Origin: Geosiphon pyriformis uo1
Lineage: Eukaryota > Fungi > Glomeromycota
Length of the DNA: 64,000 nucleotides
Reading direction: 5' to 3'
Assembly (NCBI GenBank): GCA_016748015.1
Contig: JAAOMT010000514.1
Coordinates: 480,924-544,923, forward strand
The translations under genes were made by a program, and so were the position numbers. The notes beneath the pieces were generated by a model that worked only from the letters and a program-made list of their open reading frames with translations, ran no database searches and was not told the origin of the DNA. Of this stretch, positions 1-13,461 are shown in pieces (positions within the stretch are counted from its first letter, which is position 1; each line of letters starts with the position of its first letter).

Positions 1-900
1 AAAAATAATAAAGAAACAAACTTATAAAACAAAATACTGCTCTTTGTTTTGTTTGCTTATAGAATTGTAAATTATAATATAATAAGTTATAAGTTTTTTA
101 TCTGTTCTATGAAAAAATGGCAACTTTATTAATAAAAACTAATATTAAAACAATACTTTTTAAAAAAATTACAATAAAAAAGTACAAAGATATTTTGTAA
201 ATAAAATTTGATATAATTTTTAACTTATTAATACATACATAAATAATTGTCTATAAAAAAATAAAACAATTTCAAAAAACTTAAAAAAAAGAAAACATAC
301 AAATTTTTTTTTCAAGTATTAGTAACTTAGTTTTAGAATATTATTTAAACAAAAATAATGTTTATAGAAATAAGTTTTTTAGCCAGTAAAAAAACTATTT
401 ATAGTTAATAAAATTTTGAATAATAGTTTTTATATCTTATAAGATTAATATAAAATAATCTTTAATAATTAGTTTATACATAGTATACAACTTAAAAAAT
501 ATTACAAACAATTTGATTGATTATTTATTATAATAATATTAATCTAAAAAATCAGCAAAAATCAATTAGAAATAAATATATTATTTCTAAAACAAAAATA
601 TCTTTAATTAATATAAACAATTATTTTTTAAATCAAAACATTTAAAATGTTTTTTATATTTTTTATAAATATTAAACCAAAAATTATTTAGATATTACTT
701 TAATTATTAAAAAACTATTATCAAAAAAAATAACAATAAAATAAATAAATATATGCTTAAATACATAATAATAATTATTTTATCACTTTTTAATATACTT
801 AAAAAAATAATTAAAAAAATTTTTTTTATAGACAAAAACTTGTTTTATAAAAAACAATTAAAACTTTATAATTAACTTAATAAAATTATAAAAAACATAA
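1..900. repeat. Extremely AT-rich non-coding tract, probably terminally decayed transposon sequence
   Basis: Almost no G/C and no ORFs. Similar tracts elsewhere (21635-22143, 30235-32515) can be aligned by eye to TE families in this window. Confidence 0.45.
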
Positions 901-1070
901 AGTGGTTTCTGTTTATATAGGTGTTTAGTGTCGTTCTGATTGGTCCGAGTAGCTGGTCACGTGTAGAAAGTGCATGATTCACACCTAGTTTAGATCATTT
1001 ACATGATGTATAGTGCTAGGCAGTGTTTGGACTTTACTCGTTAAAATAAAAAAAAAGAAAAAAAAAAAGA
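901..1070 (+). mobile_element. Extreme 5'-truncated LINE (last codons of ORF2, 3' UTR and A-rich tail)
   Basis: Reads ...VVSVYIGV* (TAG 926-928), then the conserved LINE 3' UTR (gattggtccgagtagctggtc...ttggactttactcgtt) and an A-rich tail at 1043-1070. The same UTR ends the other LINEs. Confidence 0.85.
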
Positions 1071-1875
1071 ATAATATTATAATTAAAAATTATAGTTTTT
1101 ATTAATAATTATTGATTTAATTAATAATTTGATTATTAATTACTTTAAGTAATTATATAAGCACTAAATTTTTTAACTGTAGAAAAATATATATAAAATT
1201 AAAACAATAAAATAATATTTATATAGTTAATACTTTTTTTATCACTTATTTTTCTTTTCAAATTTTTTATTTTTAAGTATTTAAATATTTATAAATAAAA
1301 AATTACTTGTTAATATTTACATATCTTATCTTTTTTTTGATTTGTATTGTTAAAATTAATTTGAAAAACAATTGTTTTTGTAATTTATTAAATAAAAAAA
1401 TAATTAAAAAGCATAATAATATTTGTTATTAATTCTAAAAATTACGAAATAAGACATAAAATAATAATAATTGTATTGTTTTATTAATAATTATGAATTA
1501 TTTTCAGATTTTTAGATTTTTCAAAAAAAATTAAGTAATTCTAATTATATATATTAAATCTATAAATTTAATTCATTTTTTTGATTAAATTTTTTCTTTA
1601 ATTATTTTTATTTTTTTTAACTTTTTTTTGCTATTTATTAATTTATTATTCTAATTCATAATAATATTTAAAAAATTTTATTATTATTAAAGCCAAATAA
1701 TAATTATTTAAATATTAAAATTTAAATATAAGTAAATAATATATTTAAAAATTTTATTATTATTAAATAATTAATGAATGAAGTTTTTTAAAATATTATA
1801 ATAATAAATTAAATCAAATTTTTAATAACAATATATAAGTATTAAATTTAAAATGAGTTTTTCAACAATGCAAAT

Positions 1876-3408
1876 TTGTCTTCAACTCTTCCCTCAACAT
1901 CAAGTAGTGTTGGTTCTCTGAACGTTCTTGGCTCTAGCAGTTTTATGTCTGTATGTGATCATCTGTCTCAAGTTGGTATTAGTAGTTTATCTGTATATAC
2001 AGATGGGTCTTTAAGGAGTTTGGGCACAGTTGGCTGTAGAGCTGGAGCTGCTGTTTTTTTCGAGGACATTAATTTGGGTTTAGACATTAGAGTATCAGAT
2101 TTGATGTTGTTTACTTTGGCTAAAATGCAGACTATTGCATTGGCTTTAGAATGTGTTCCTTTGTTTGGTTCTGTTTGCTTGTTTTCAGATAGTCAATTTG
2201 TTTTGGATGCTTGCAAGTTGGAATTGGCTTTGGTGTGTCCCAATTTTCATAATCAGTATTGGGTTGAGTGTCAGCATATAGTTAATATTATTTGCAATAA
2301 AAATTTGAGTGTAAGTTGGCACAAGATAAAGGGTTATTCTGGTATCTTGGAAAATGAATATGCTGATTCATTTGCTGGTGATGTGTCTATTTCTAATTGG
2401 TTTTTTCTTTCTTATCTGAGTGAACATTTTTTGATGGCTGATGGCAGTATTATTTCTGGCAATTCTAAACATTTTGTTTGTAATGTTTATCATTCTGTCT
2501 GCTGTGTGCATTAGGAGATTGGTTCTGGCTTAAAATTTTTGTCTCATGGTTTGGTCTCTGAGATTGATTGGCACCATTCTTTGCTGGTGTGGCATCCTGA
2601 TTTACACATGGCCACTGGTTATACCAGCAAGGCCTCAGCTAATATGTGTACTTATTTTATAAAAGCTCTGCATCATTGGTTATCTGTGGCTATTCATAAG
2701 TGCCTCTATGATAAATGTTATTTCAGTATACTGTACTTGTATTGTGGTAAGGTAGAAGTATCAGATTATGTGTTTTCCTGTAGAGTTGATAAGCCTATTT
2801 GACATCAAATACTGAAATTCCATGTGAATTCTTGGAAGTTGCTTTCGGGTCTCTTCCATTCTTCTTCAGGTGTGCTCCAGTTGTTATCGATATGTGTTTC
2901 TGATTTTTCTTTGTTAATGGCTCTTTTTAAAGATTGTGTTTTTAATGGTTGGTTTTATGAGACTATTTTCATTTTCTGTGATTTCAAGATTGCCAGTCAT
3001 GAGGTTGTTGAGTTTGTGCACTCTCTTAGTCTTGCTTTTAGAAATGATGTCTAGTTGGTTCATGCTAAACATTAGGCATATATGGAGAAGAATGGCTTAA
3101 TTCTTTTTGATGGTTCAGTTCTCATATTAGTTTCTAATTTGGCTTTAGGGTTTTCTGCTGGTGTGGTTAAGATGCTTGGCATAGCTGAGACTTTTGGAGT
3201 ACATTTTGGATTTTACAGAGCTTGTTTGTTTTTTTCTGGGATAGATAATTCAGTTTCAGTTTGTATAGCTGCATAGTATTGTCTTGATCAGCCCAAGTAG
3301 CTGGTTGCATGTAGAAAAAGCATGATTCATACTTAGTATAGATCATTTCTTTGATGTATAAAACTAGGTGGTGTTTGGATCTTACTCGTTAAATAAATAA
3401 ATAAAAAA
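1876..3408 (+). mobile_element. 5'-truncated LINE remnant: RNase H, C-terminal Cys/His finger, 3' UTR and tail
   Basis: RNase H motifs VYTDGSL...AGAAVFF...LFSDSQ...WHKIKGYSG..ENEYAD. Four collinear same-frame ORF pieces are separated by point-mutation stops. UTR 3277-3393, then a (TAAA)n tail. Confidence 0.9.
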
Positions 3409-4222
3409 TTTGAAATAATTTTAACAAAATAAATATTACTTAAAAAACAAAAATATTTAATAATATTATTAAACAATTATAATATTTTTATTTATAAAAA
3501 ATTTATTATTATTATTATATAAATTAATATTATATAAATTACAATTATAATTTTTTTATTATGTAAATTTTTTATTAAACTTTTTATTAAAGCAACAAAA
3601 GCTTTAATCAAAATTTTAAAAAAAAACTTTTAAATTCTAAAAAACCAGCCAAAAACAAAAATGATATTTTTTTAATAACTAAAAACTGTTTTAATTTAAA
3701 AATATTAAAAAAAGCTTTTTTATAAATACTTTATTTGATTATTTTTAAAAATATTACTATAAAAAAAATAAATATTGTTTTATTTTACTCCTTATTTACT
3801 TATTTATATTATATTTTTTAAAAAATTAATATTATAATATTAATTATTATATTGTAATTTTATAAAAATTGAAGGTTCTTAACATGTTAAATATTAAAAT
3901 CATATTGAAATAAAAAAGTTAAAAAGCAAAATATTAATTTTTAAAGCCTAAAAATAAAAGAATTAACAACCATCCAAATTGTTTTTTTTTAAAACTTGTA
4001 TCTGTCAACCAACAATTTTGTTTATAATTAAAAAATAAAATAAAATGAAATAAAGACAAATTATTTGATTATATTTAATTTAAATATCTAATACATTCAA
4101 AAAAGCAAACATATATTCTGATTATCTGGCTTAGATTCGGATCGAAAGTCAAACTTACATTGTAGAACACCAAGGATAGCAGCCACACTTTAAATGGGTA
4201 ACCAAACTTCTAGTTTCGATTT

Positions 4223-7200
4223 TCATCCAAAACTTTGGAACTCCGTGTTTCGTCGATTTCCGGCTGTGAGTCGGTGGTCTCCACCGCCAATTGCAGCTCC
4301 ACACTCTGGGCAACGGCTTTGTTGCATAGCTCCGCCGCATTCTCCAATTGTATACTATTCAGAAAAAAGAATTAATAAATCACTCGATAAATGCAAAAAG
4401 GCCCTACCAAATACGAATTATAAAAGCAAATTTAACTTACAGGGTGTCCATTAGGACATTCAAACCAATGATCTGAATTGTAAGTTGATTTTTGTGATAA
4501 GAATGTATTGGGTTGATATGGATTATTGAGAATCTGATCTTACCTCCACCCCCCACTTCGGGTTTCATCGCGCGGAAAATATTCAACTTATCTTCTTTGG
4601 TCAAAATCTCGTTTTGAACCAGTAGCTCATTTACCTCTTCCAAAATTTTCTCAATTTTCTCGTTACACTGGGACTGGAAATAAATAACGTCCATTGTCGC
4701 CAATTTTTTTTTCAATATCTCTAAATCTTCCTTAATCTTCGGACAATGTTTCCGGATATCATTCCTTATTTTCTCTGTGAGGTTTCCACCTGGAGGGTTC
4801 CTTAATAAAAATCTTGCTTTGCGACATGCCATATCAGCTTTTTCTAGGGACGCTATAACAAACCTGCGTTCATGACGAGTTTTTTCAGCCGTTCTCAAAA
4901 TAGTGACCAGATGCGAATTTATTGTTTCGAAAAGATGCAAGCTGAAATCAAGCCATTTTTCCCAAAGTGGCTTTTCCAACGCTTTTTCTTCCGTCACATT
5001 TGCTCTTGTGGGGGTTTCAAATTGTTCTTTTTTCAACTCCGCAACAATCTGAGAAGTTTCCAGAAGCATCGCTTTTTGAACATTGATAATCTCGAGGAAA
5101 GCATCTAAATAAATCCCCTGATCAACCATGGGAGTTGGAATTCCAACTTGCTGAAGACTCTCAAAGTGGTATTTTTGGGAGTCTTTAATGGTTTCAATCG
5201 AAGTTAGGCCTAACTTATTGAAGGAATCCAACACCTCATCCAAATCTAATTCCGTTTTCCTGCGATACAAAGCCGAAACAGCCGCTTCATATGCTCGTTT
5301 ATGGGGCTAAATGTTGAGTTGAAGAATATACGAGTACGAGTTAAAATCCAAAAACTACCACTTCTCTATGTTAAGTAATAAATTACCGGATTTTTAGTAT
5401 CAGCAATAATCAGGGACAAATCATAATAGATAGTAGTCAGAAAAGTTATATGCTTTCTCCACAAATTTTCCTGAGCTCTTGGTATCCCCCAACTTTGTGT
5501 AACTTGCTCAAAACTATTAAAGGGCGTGACCTCAGAAATTCTGCTAGCGATTTTCTCATCAAACTCTGCGCGATATTCAACCTCCTTTTTGTCTTGACTT
5601 TGATAGTCCTTAGTTGATTTTTTGATCCCTTCAAGGAATTTCTCCCTTTTTTGCTCAATCGCTTGCGTAGCTATGCCGAAACTATAACTCAGTTTTTTCA
5701 TTTGCTGATCATATTTTTGCAAAAACTTCTTATTTTGGATATTCAGGGTATTCTTTTTGATTACCCGGCCATATCTGAAAAATAAGAAACTATTGTAAAT
5801 ATCTTTGAAATGACAATTTTCGATGAACTGCTCGATTTACCGGCGGGAATTAATTCTTGCCCGACAATTCGGGCATGTCTTTGGGGCCGAATTTTCAGCT
5901 GGAAGTTGTTTGATCCCCTTCCAGACCATAATGCCGTTTTCAAAAACACTCTCGTAATAGTCATTCAATTCCATAATCCCGTCCATTGATTCTGAAAGAA
6001 AAAGAATATAAATTTATTCTTGCATTTCGAGAGTAAGGTTTTGACATACCCATAGTGAAACAATGATCACAATCTAGCTTTATTAAGCGGTGTTCCTCCT
6101 TCCAATCGACTTCCTCGAACGTTGCCTGCATAATGACATCAACAACCTGTGATCTTATTTTTTCGGGAGCACAGATTGGACAATAATCTTTAGGAGGGCA
6201 ATTTTCCCCACAAACGCCTAAATTATGTTAATTCGAGTGGATAAATTATATGAAGTAGCGCATTCAAGGGTCTTGTAAAGGGTTAATTATTAAATTATCA
6301 TACCTGGACATTGATGTCCACACTCCAGAATTTTGGGACAACGTTGATCACAGGGTAATCGAGAACAAGGGGCACCACAACTTAACGGACAATTCCCTTG
6401 ATGTTCACAGTTCCAATTGCATTCTTCGGCACACGCGCTACATGGGACAGCACATTCTAATTTACAGCTTGAATGATAACAATTTACAGTACATGGTTTT
6501 TTGCAAGGTGGGCATGGGCTTCCTATATGACAAGGTTGTGAACATGAATGACCACAGAATAAACCTCGGCCACATATTTCTCGGCACTTTTGAGCGTGAT
6601 TGCTTCTTATGATTTGGCCATCACCATCAAGAGGCGGTCCCCCATTTGCTAGAATCGATCGATTTTTACAGTTTTCGCATTCAGATTGACAATTATGACC
6701 GCATTCCAAAAGCTTTCCGCATTTCTGAGAGCATCTCGACTTTTTGACGTCTTCGAAACTTTATAAAGTTTTCAATATAAGTAAACAGACAAAGAATAGT
6801 TGGCTGAAAATACTTCAGATACCGACATACCAATGCATATTTTTTTCATGTTCACAAGTCGGAAGCTTTCGATTGACCATCTTATTGCATTTAATCTTAG
6901 CCCGATCTCTTGCTTGGTAACAAAATGGCTTTGTATAGGTATGGCCACATAATAATTCGATGTCTTCAACTTGAAATTTGCACATTCCACAATCTTCACC
7001 GCATTGTTTTTTGCATGGATGTTGACACACCGGATGAAGTCGGGGGCATGGTTTGTGACAAAAAACTCCAACATGTTCCCTATGTCAAATGTATGAAAAT
7101 CAGACCAGTGCCGTGATGAATTGATTGAAAGAAGAGTTTTTATATGAATACCTATCATCAAAATGACATTTATAAGGACATATATGTCCACATTTGGGCA

Positions 7201-10200
7201 AAATTTCTTGACAAGGTTCCATGCATCCACCATCTGGCGAAACCTCTGCAAAGTGCTGCGGATTGGAGATTTCATTAACATACTGGGGATGCCGTTCGCA
7301 TAAAATTGGGAAAGCTGGACCTATTTGGCCACGTTGACGAAGAATATCGATCACTTTATCCCACATTTGAGATTTTTTTTGAAAGAGTTTAGCGTCTCCA
7401 AGAAGATACATTCCATGCTTGGCACGTGATAAGAGAACATTAGTTCGATTATCAGATTTTAAAAAACCAATACTGCCACGCTCATCGCCTTGAGCCGAGT
7501 TGCGAACAAGCGATATTATCACGATTTTAGCCTCCTCTCCTTGAAAATTATCAACAGTTCTTAAGATGACTTGTTTTTGCAAGGAGCTATAGAATTAATA
7601 CAGAATATTATCTTGTTTTTCAAATAAACTGATGAATGCTAAATTTCAGGATTCTAAATAGAATCGGCTTACCGTCTCTCAGCAATTGGGTTTATATGTG
7701 TAACCTCCGGTGAAGTTTGATTAGCATTCGACGCCGAATCGTCTTGGTTCAATTCATCATCAATATTTTCCTGATCACGTTCATCAATGACTACGGTAAC
7801 GTGGGAATTTTTCAGTGCATCCCTTATTTGAATAAGTTGACCCAAATATGGCGTCAGGATCGCAATATCTTTGGGATCGTTATATCCGTTACGGACAAAA
7901 TATTTGACCATTTCAACTACCATTGCTGCTTCGTATGCGTTAGAGTGTGATTGAAGGGCCAATTGATTGCCCCCGGGTTTATCTTGAGAATGTCCATGCT
8001 CTATAAAAAATACATTATGTTGAGCACCATGAACCTTTGGATATTTTTTGGTTACGTCATCGTCTTCCAAATCTCGATACAAAGTATTTCTTATCAAATC
8101 AGAAATTTCAGGACGCATCCGACGCTAGAAAATAGAATCAAAGAATATGATTCTAAAGAATAACAGAAAAAATAGATCTTGCTTAGAAATAATTCTTTTA
8201 TTACCTGAGTTGTGAGTTGAGATAATGGAAGTTTAATCGCATTGTCTCCTCTTACCACTATTTGAGTTGTAAATATTAGACAGGAATAAAATCCACATTC
8301 TACACTGGATTTTTAAGTCGATAAACTTACGCCTTTCGAATAGAGATTTGTCCAACTCGTAATTCTTTCCTCTGTAAAATTCAATGTAGGTAAACCGAAT
8401 TTGTAAGCGAAAAAAATCGACCCTGAAACCAATCTAAAATAAAATTAACAAGATTCAAGACTTACATTGGGGAATCCATAGAGAGACTGTAAGTGGATAA
8501 ATGAGGCCTTAGCTGCTTATGATCTCCTATTAATATCATGTGTTGCGTGGCTTTGCTTAACGAGGTCAAGATATGGGCTTCCAAGACTTCACCAGCTTCT
8601 TCACAAATAATTACACGAGGTCCAATCGAACAAACTAAAGATTGAAATTTAGCGGCGCCGGTGGTGGTCATCCCAATAACCTATACATTTGGAATCAAAG
8701 AGTTTTTTAACAAGTTTAATATGATCTATTCTTATCAATTTTCCCTTATTACCTGTGAATTTTGAAGTATCGGTCGTCGACCCTCATTATAAATCTCATC
8801 CATCTCTTTAGATTTTTCTTCGTAACGGTTTTGTAAGTCTTTGAGCTCTTCGATACTCTCCATTTGAACCTCACGACGCCAATGGTTATGAAGATTAATG
8901 CGTTCTTTTTGCGACATTTTCCAAATATCGGTATCATTAAGCAATTCATCTAATGACCGATTTGTTTTGGGGACTTGCCAGTTTTGCAAGAAAGATGATG
9001 TATACGGTGTATCGAAATCAGAATTTAAAATCGTTTCCTGATCTTGATATATTCCTGACGTTAGGTCTTCTCCAATCTCCTCTTGCACTTCGTCATCTTC
9101 CTCTTTCGCTTTCGTCTTCCCCTTCATCTTCCTTTTTTCTCGAGCTGGAATTGTCTCGGAAGAGTTGAGAGGGTTAAACTTGTTTGGAGAAGCCACCTGG
9201 ATTTGCGGGAGTGATTGCGATAACTTTTGCAATTGTTTTGCACGCTTTATATCTTTAAATGAATTTTAACATGGATTAGTTTTTTTATTTTGTTGATTCC
9301 AACATTCAAGGTTTAACAGATGTTTGCCATCAACTAATGACCAGTAAACCAAATTTAAGGCATACCGTTCCCATGAACCCACTGTTCAAAAAGATTCCTA
9401 GAATTGACATATTTCCAATCATCATCATCATTAGTTTCAATCGAATCGGCGACTTGATCTTGAAATTTGAAATAAAAATCCGTGTAATTGGCATATAGCA
9501 AGGGTTGCACCTCTTTCCATGATAGCCAACGCCGGCGCAGCCGATCTGTAATAGATTTGGTCTTTTCTACAATGTTTTCCAGCGCTGAATGTATCAGGTG
9601 CAACATGTATCTTTCATTGGGTTTTTTGGGACGACTGCGGGAAATTTCCTCCAGACAATATTCCTTGATAATATCACTTTTCGTCCGACTTCCCAAACGT
9701 ACGATATTCTTAATACCAATTTCAGGAGAAAGAAGATCTTCTAGGAATTGGTCGAGCGCATGATTCGTATATGTAATGCAAAGAATTGGTCCAATATTCA
9801 ATTTACACAGGACACGCATTAACTGTACTCCAATATAAGATTTGCCAGTTCCTGGAGGACCTAGATAAAAATTGTGTATAAATAAGGTATTAAGATAAAA
9901 TCTAATGCAAGAATGAGTTTGAGGCAGAAAATTTGAATGGACTATACCTTCAATTAATGCGATCTCACGCGATAACGCGTTCAACATAGCCTCAGATTGG
10001 GTACGATCAACACGCCCAGAAGCTATTAATTTTTCAAGGCAGCTTTTCCGCGACTCTTCATCCTGTACATTCAACAAAATTTCACCGATACCTTTATTTA
10101 TATCAGATGGGTGGCTAAGATCGAATCTGTGACCAGGCGCCCTTGTATAAATGGGGGTAGCAATGACTGCAGACGTATCCGAAGGAAATTCGGGGGCCAA

Positions 10201-12298
10201 ATATCTATCTAATGGTAGGGTTGACGGAATAATTTTTTGAAGTGTTTTGAGGACATGATAATACGCCTCCAAGTAAACTCCAGTCGATTCAACCATGTAG
10301 TTAGAGTATCCATAATTAGTTTCGTTCAAATGTTGCATCGATTCAATAGCAATAGGATATATTGAAGGATCCATAAATTTGATATCAATTTTAGCGATTT
10401 CAACATGTTTCGCTAACTCCTCTTCATTGCGATCACTAACCGTTCTTTAAATAAAGTAAAGATTAACATAAGGCATGAAAAAATGAACTTCCAGTACAAG
10501 CTTACCCGAAAAAAAGTCTATGAGTCCTATTTGAATTGTCAGAATTCTGATCGTGAATTTTTAAATTAGACCAAAGAACGCAAATCAAGCCCCCATTAAT
10601 CAATTTCTTAGACTTCTTCCAAAATTCTTGACGTTCCCTGGCAGTACGAGCATTCCGAATGTTAGGAGGGGTGAATAAAACTCGACATGAAAATCCACGA
10701 CGCTTGTCGATAATAATATCCTCAAAACGAACATTGGAATAAACATTGAGATCACCATTATCAATTCCATTGTCAAATTTAAACCTCCCTTTCTCAAACA
10801 TTCCTCCTTGTGTTTTACGATCAGCACTTGGAATAGACAAATAATGTACAAAATTGGATACCCCAATTCTTATCGGATTGATCATGTCTTCTCTAAAGAG
10901 ACGAAATTGTGAATCAATTAAACGGGCTGGTCCGTTGGGGAGAAAATGTGGTGCACCTGGAATACTTGAGGGAAGAAACGGTTCTCGATCGTTTGTCAAA
11001 ATTTCTTTTTCTGTAGGTAGGATGGAGATCTTACCAATCTCGGAAAAGTCATTATCATGACGTGGGCCTTCTGTAGATAACTCACCTTAAGAAATATTTA
11101 AAAATCATCCCAATAAAGAATCTGGTTTTAATGATGATTCATTTGAAAAAAGGTTTCGATCAAAATTATTGTACGTACCAGGTGGATCATAGTCACTGTT
11201 CAAACGCTCTAACATTGCTTTATATTTCGTTCCAGGATTATCTTTAACTTCGGATTTTGGTTCCGAAAGTCTTTGCTTCCCGCTGGCCAAAACTTTATTC
11301 AGTTTCTCAAATTCGGTATCCAATATATCAAAACAATAAATGCTTTCAGAGGTAGCAGCAAGAGAATCCGAAAATTCAGCTTTCTCTATTCCATCCTGCC
11401 ATTTCTTCCTTAAAGTCTCCAAATGTTTCACTGTTACATGAATCGAATCGTTCAGAGATGCCTCCTTAATTATATTTAAGAGCTCATTCAAAAGCCTGAC
11501 AATACTCAAAAATGGCTGAAAAAAAGATATGGGTATAAATGAATCTGGGTCATATCGCAAGATTGCATCAGAGCTAAGCCGTTGATCATCCAAACTTTTA
11601 CGTTGGATTAGAGTTTCTAAAACGCTTAATACTTGATTTTTTAGAAAGGAGTCAATATTTGGATATAAAACAGAATAAATGGCATTCTTTCGGCCTTCCA
11701 AATTACAGCCAGTGATCGCTGTACGCGTGAGTAAAGCAAGGAACGGAATAATCACACGCTGAAAAGAGAGTAAATTTGGTTCCTGCCCAGCATCTGCCGA
11801 GACACGAAACCCTATTATTTCTCTTAATCGATCCAAACCTTCGCCATACCCAAGCTTAGCTACAAGGTCTTCGACGTCTTCCTTTTTATCATCAGCCGTT
11901 AGAAGGCAAGAATTAACGAAGTGTCGAACTTGCCGCTGGGTCGTTAAAGGTTTATGGATAAGCCTTTTCCATGCTCCGTCTAACTGGTCTGCTTGTAATA
12001 GAAATACAATGGCTTCACTGCCCTCGAAAGAAAGAGCAGCAGAATTAAAGTTTTCCATCAAGCGATCGCGCGATTTTTTGGCAGCTTCTGAAGGAGGGAG
12101 TGCTGCTTGAAGAGCTTTAGCATGGTCATAAAAATGATGCTGTGGACGGTCGCCTCGTGACCGTCCCCCTCTTTGAGGGGTTCCTTGAGGGCGAGAGCCA
12201 CTGCCAGGAGCGTTGTCACCACGTCCCCGACCACGTGAGTTCCATTCTCTTGGGGAATCATCCCGGCGATTCCTTCCACGATAAGCTGGGTTCGACAT
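4223..12298 (-). CDS. ZNFX1: ZNFX1/NFX1-type zinc finger-containing SF1 (Upf1-like) helicase with NF-X1 fingers and C-terminal RZ finger; about 18 exons
   Basis: ATG at 12298 ([14 protein letters not shown]-rich N-terminus). Helicase motifs: Walker [22 protein letters not shown], Walker [43 protein letters not shown]. Repeated CGH.C...C fingers. The last two exons (4472-4441, 4354-4223) splice to [37 protein letters not shown]; stop at 4225-4223. GT-AG introns link the ORF-track pieces. Confidence 0.92.
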
Positions 12299-13461
12299 TG
12301 GTTTTAAAAAAAAAACCACGGTAGTTATGGGTTTATTGTCAAAAAGTTGCGGCTTTATATAACCCTGATTTCAGGCTATGATAAGACTTTAAACTTTAGA
12401 TGTATATACGATCAAATGATGATGATTAATGGTCTTATGGTAAAATCAATATTCGAAAAAAGTGGGATAAAAAAATCAGAAAATAGTCGCAATGGGGTTT
12501 GTCATTATGATATCTCATTTTTACTTTTCATATCATTATTTAAATACGTTTATGCACAAGTTTTTAGTTTCAGCAATAATTAAAAATTCAACTTACACGT
12601 AGTTGTTTTTTTTTTTTTTCAAAAAATTGTTGTAATATATTTTCGTAATAATTTATCAAATTATCATTTTTTAAGAAACATTTTTATTATTAATACCATA
12701 AAAAAATATTATAAATTATTGTCATTAAATTATAATTATTTTTTATTAAGATTATAATTTTTTATTTTAAGTTGTACTTATTAAATTTTAAACTTTTAAA
12801 AATAATATAAAACGTGTTACAAAAAAAATCATACATAGAGAACATTTAATATGAAGCTGTTTATGCTGCCATCAAAATTGCTGAAATTAATTATATAAGA
12901 AACATTTGAATTGTTTTTTTTCAGTTTTTAATTTTTTAGTTTTATTCTTTTTGCTTCAAATTTTAACATAGTCTTTCGAATTATAAAGTTTTTTTCGCAA
13001 TATATTCTTTTTTAATAATGCCAAAAATTTGATTTGATATTTCTTATTTTTGGATTTTATATCTAGAAAACAAGCCACCAATTTTTTATTCTTAAAATGT
13101 TATTTTTTCTAATATTAATCATAAAAAACATTTCTGATCTCTCGATTTTTGGAGCTGTTTGGTAAAAATAAAATAGATAACTTATGTAACTTTATAACTA
13201 TTTATTGTTTGGACAATATTATTATTTTAATTTGATATTGCCAATATTACCTTAATTTATTTAAAACAAAATAAGTCAAATTTTTATTTAAATTTCAATT
13301 TATAATAATAATAATGGATAACATATTTTTGTACAAAAATGCTTCATTAATGTATTTTGTGTTGTTGATCTAATTAATTAATATAAAAGTTGTAACATGT
13401 GATTATCTGGGATATCAGTGATTATCTCTAATTTTTCAGCTTGGGAAACATATTTTCTTCA
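12299..13461. promoter_or_regulatory. Divergent (bidirectional) intergenic region between the ZNFX1-like and AMT1-like genes
   Basis: Start codons at 12298 (-) and 13462 (+) face away from each other across 1163 bp with an AT-rich core. No specific promoter motif identified. Confidence 0.55.

Noticed and set aside
929-1045. Hammerhead ribozyme in the LINE 3' UTR (ctga...gaaa)
   Set aside because: It lacks the CUGANGA core and correct stem arrangement in all copies.
4155-12583. Many small or antisense ORFs over the helicase locus as independent genes
   Set aside because: They are exons, alternative frames or antisense shadows of one multi-exon ZNFX1-like gene.
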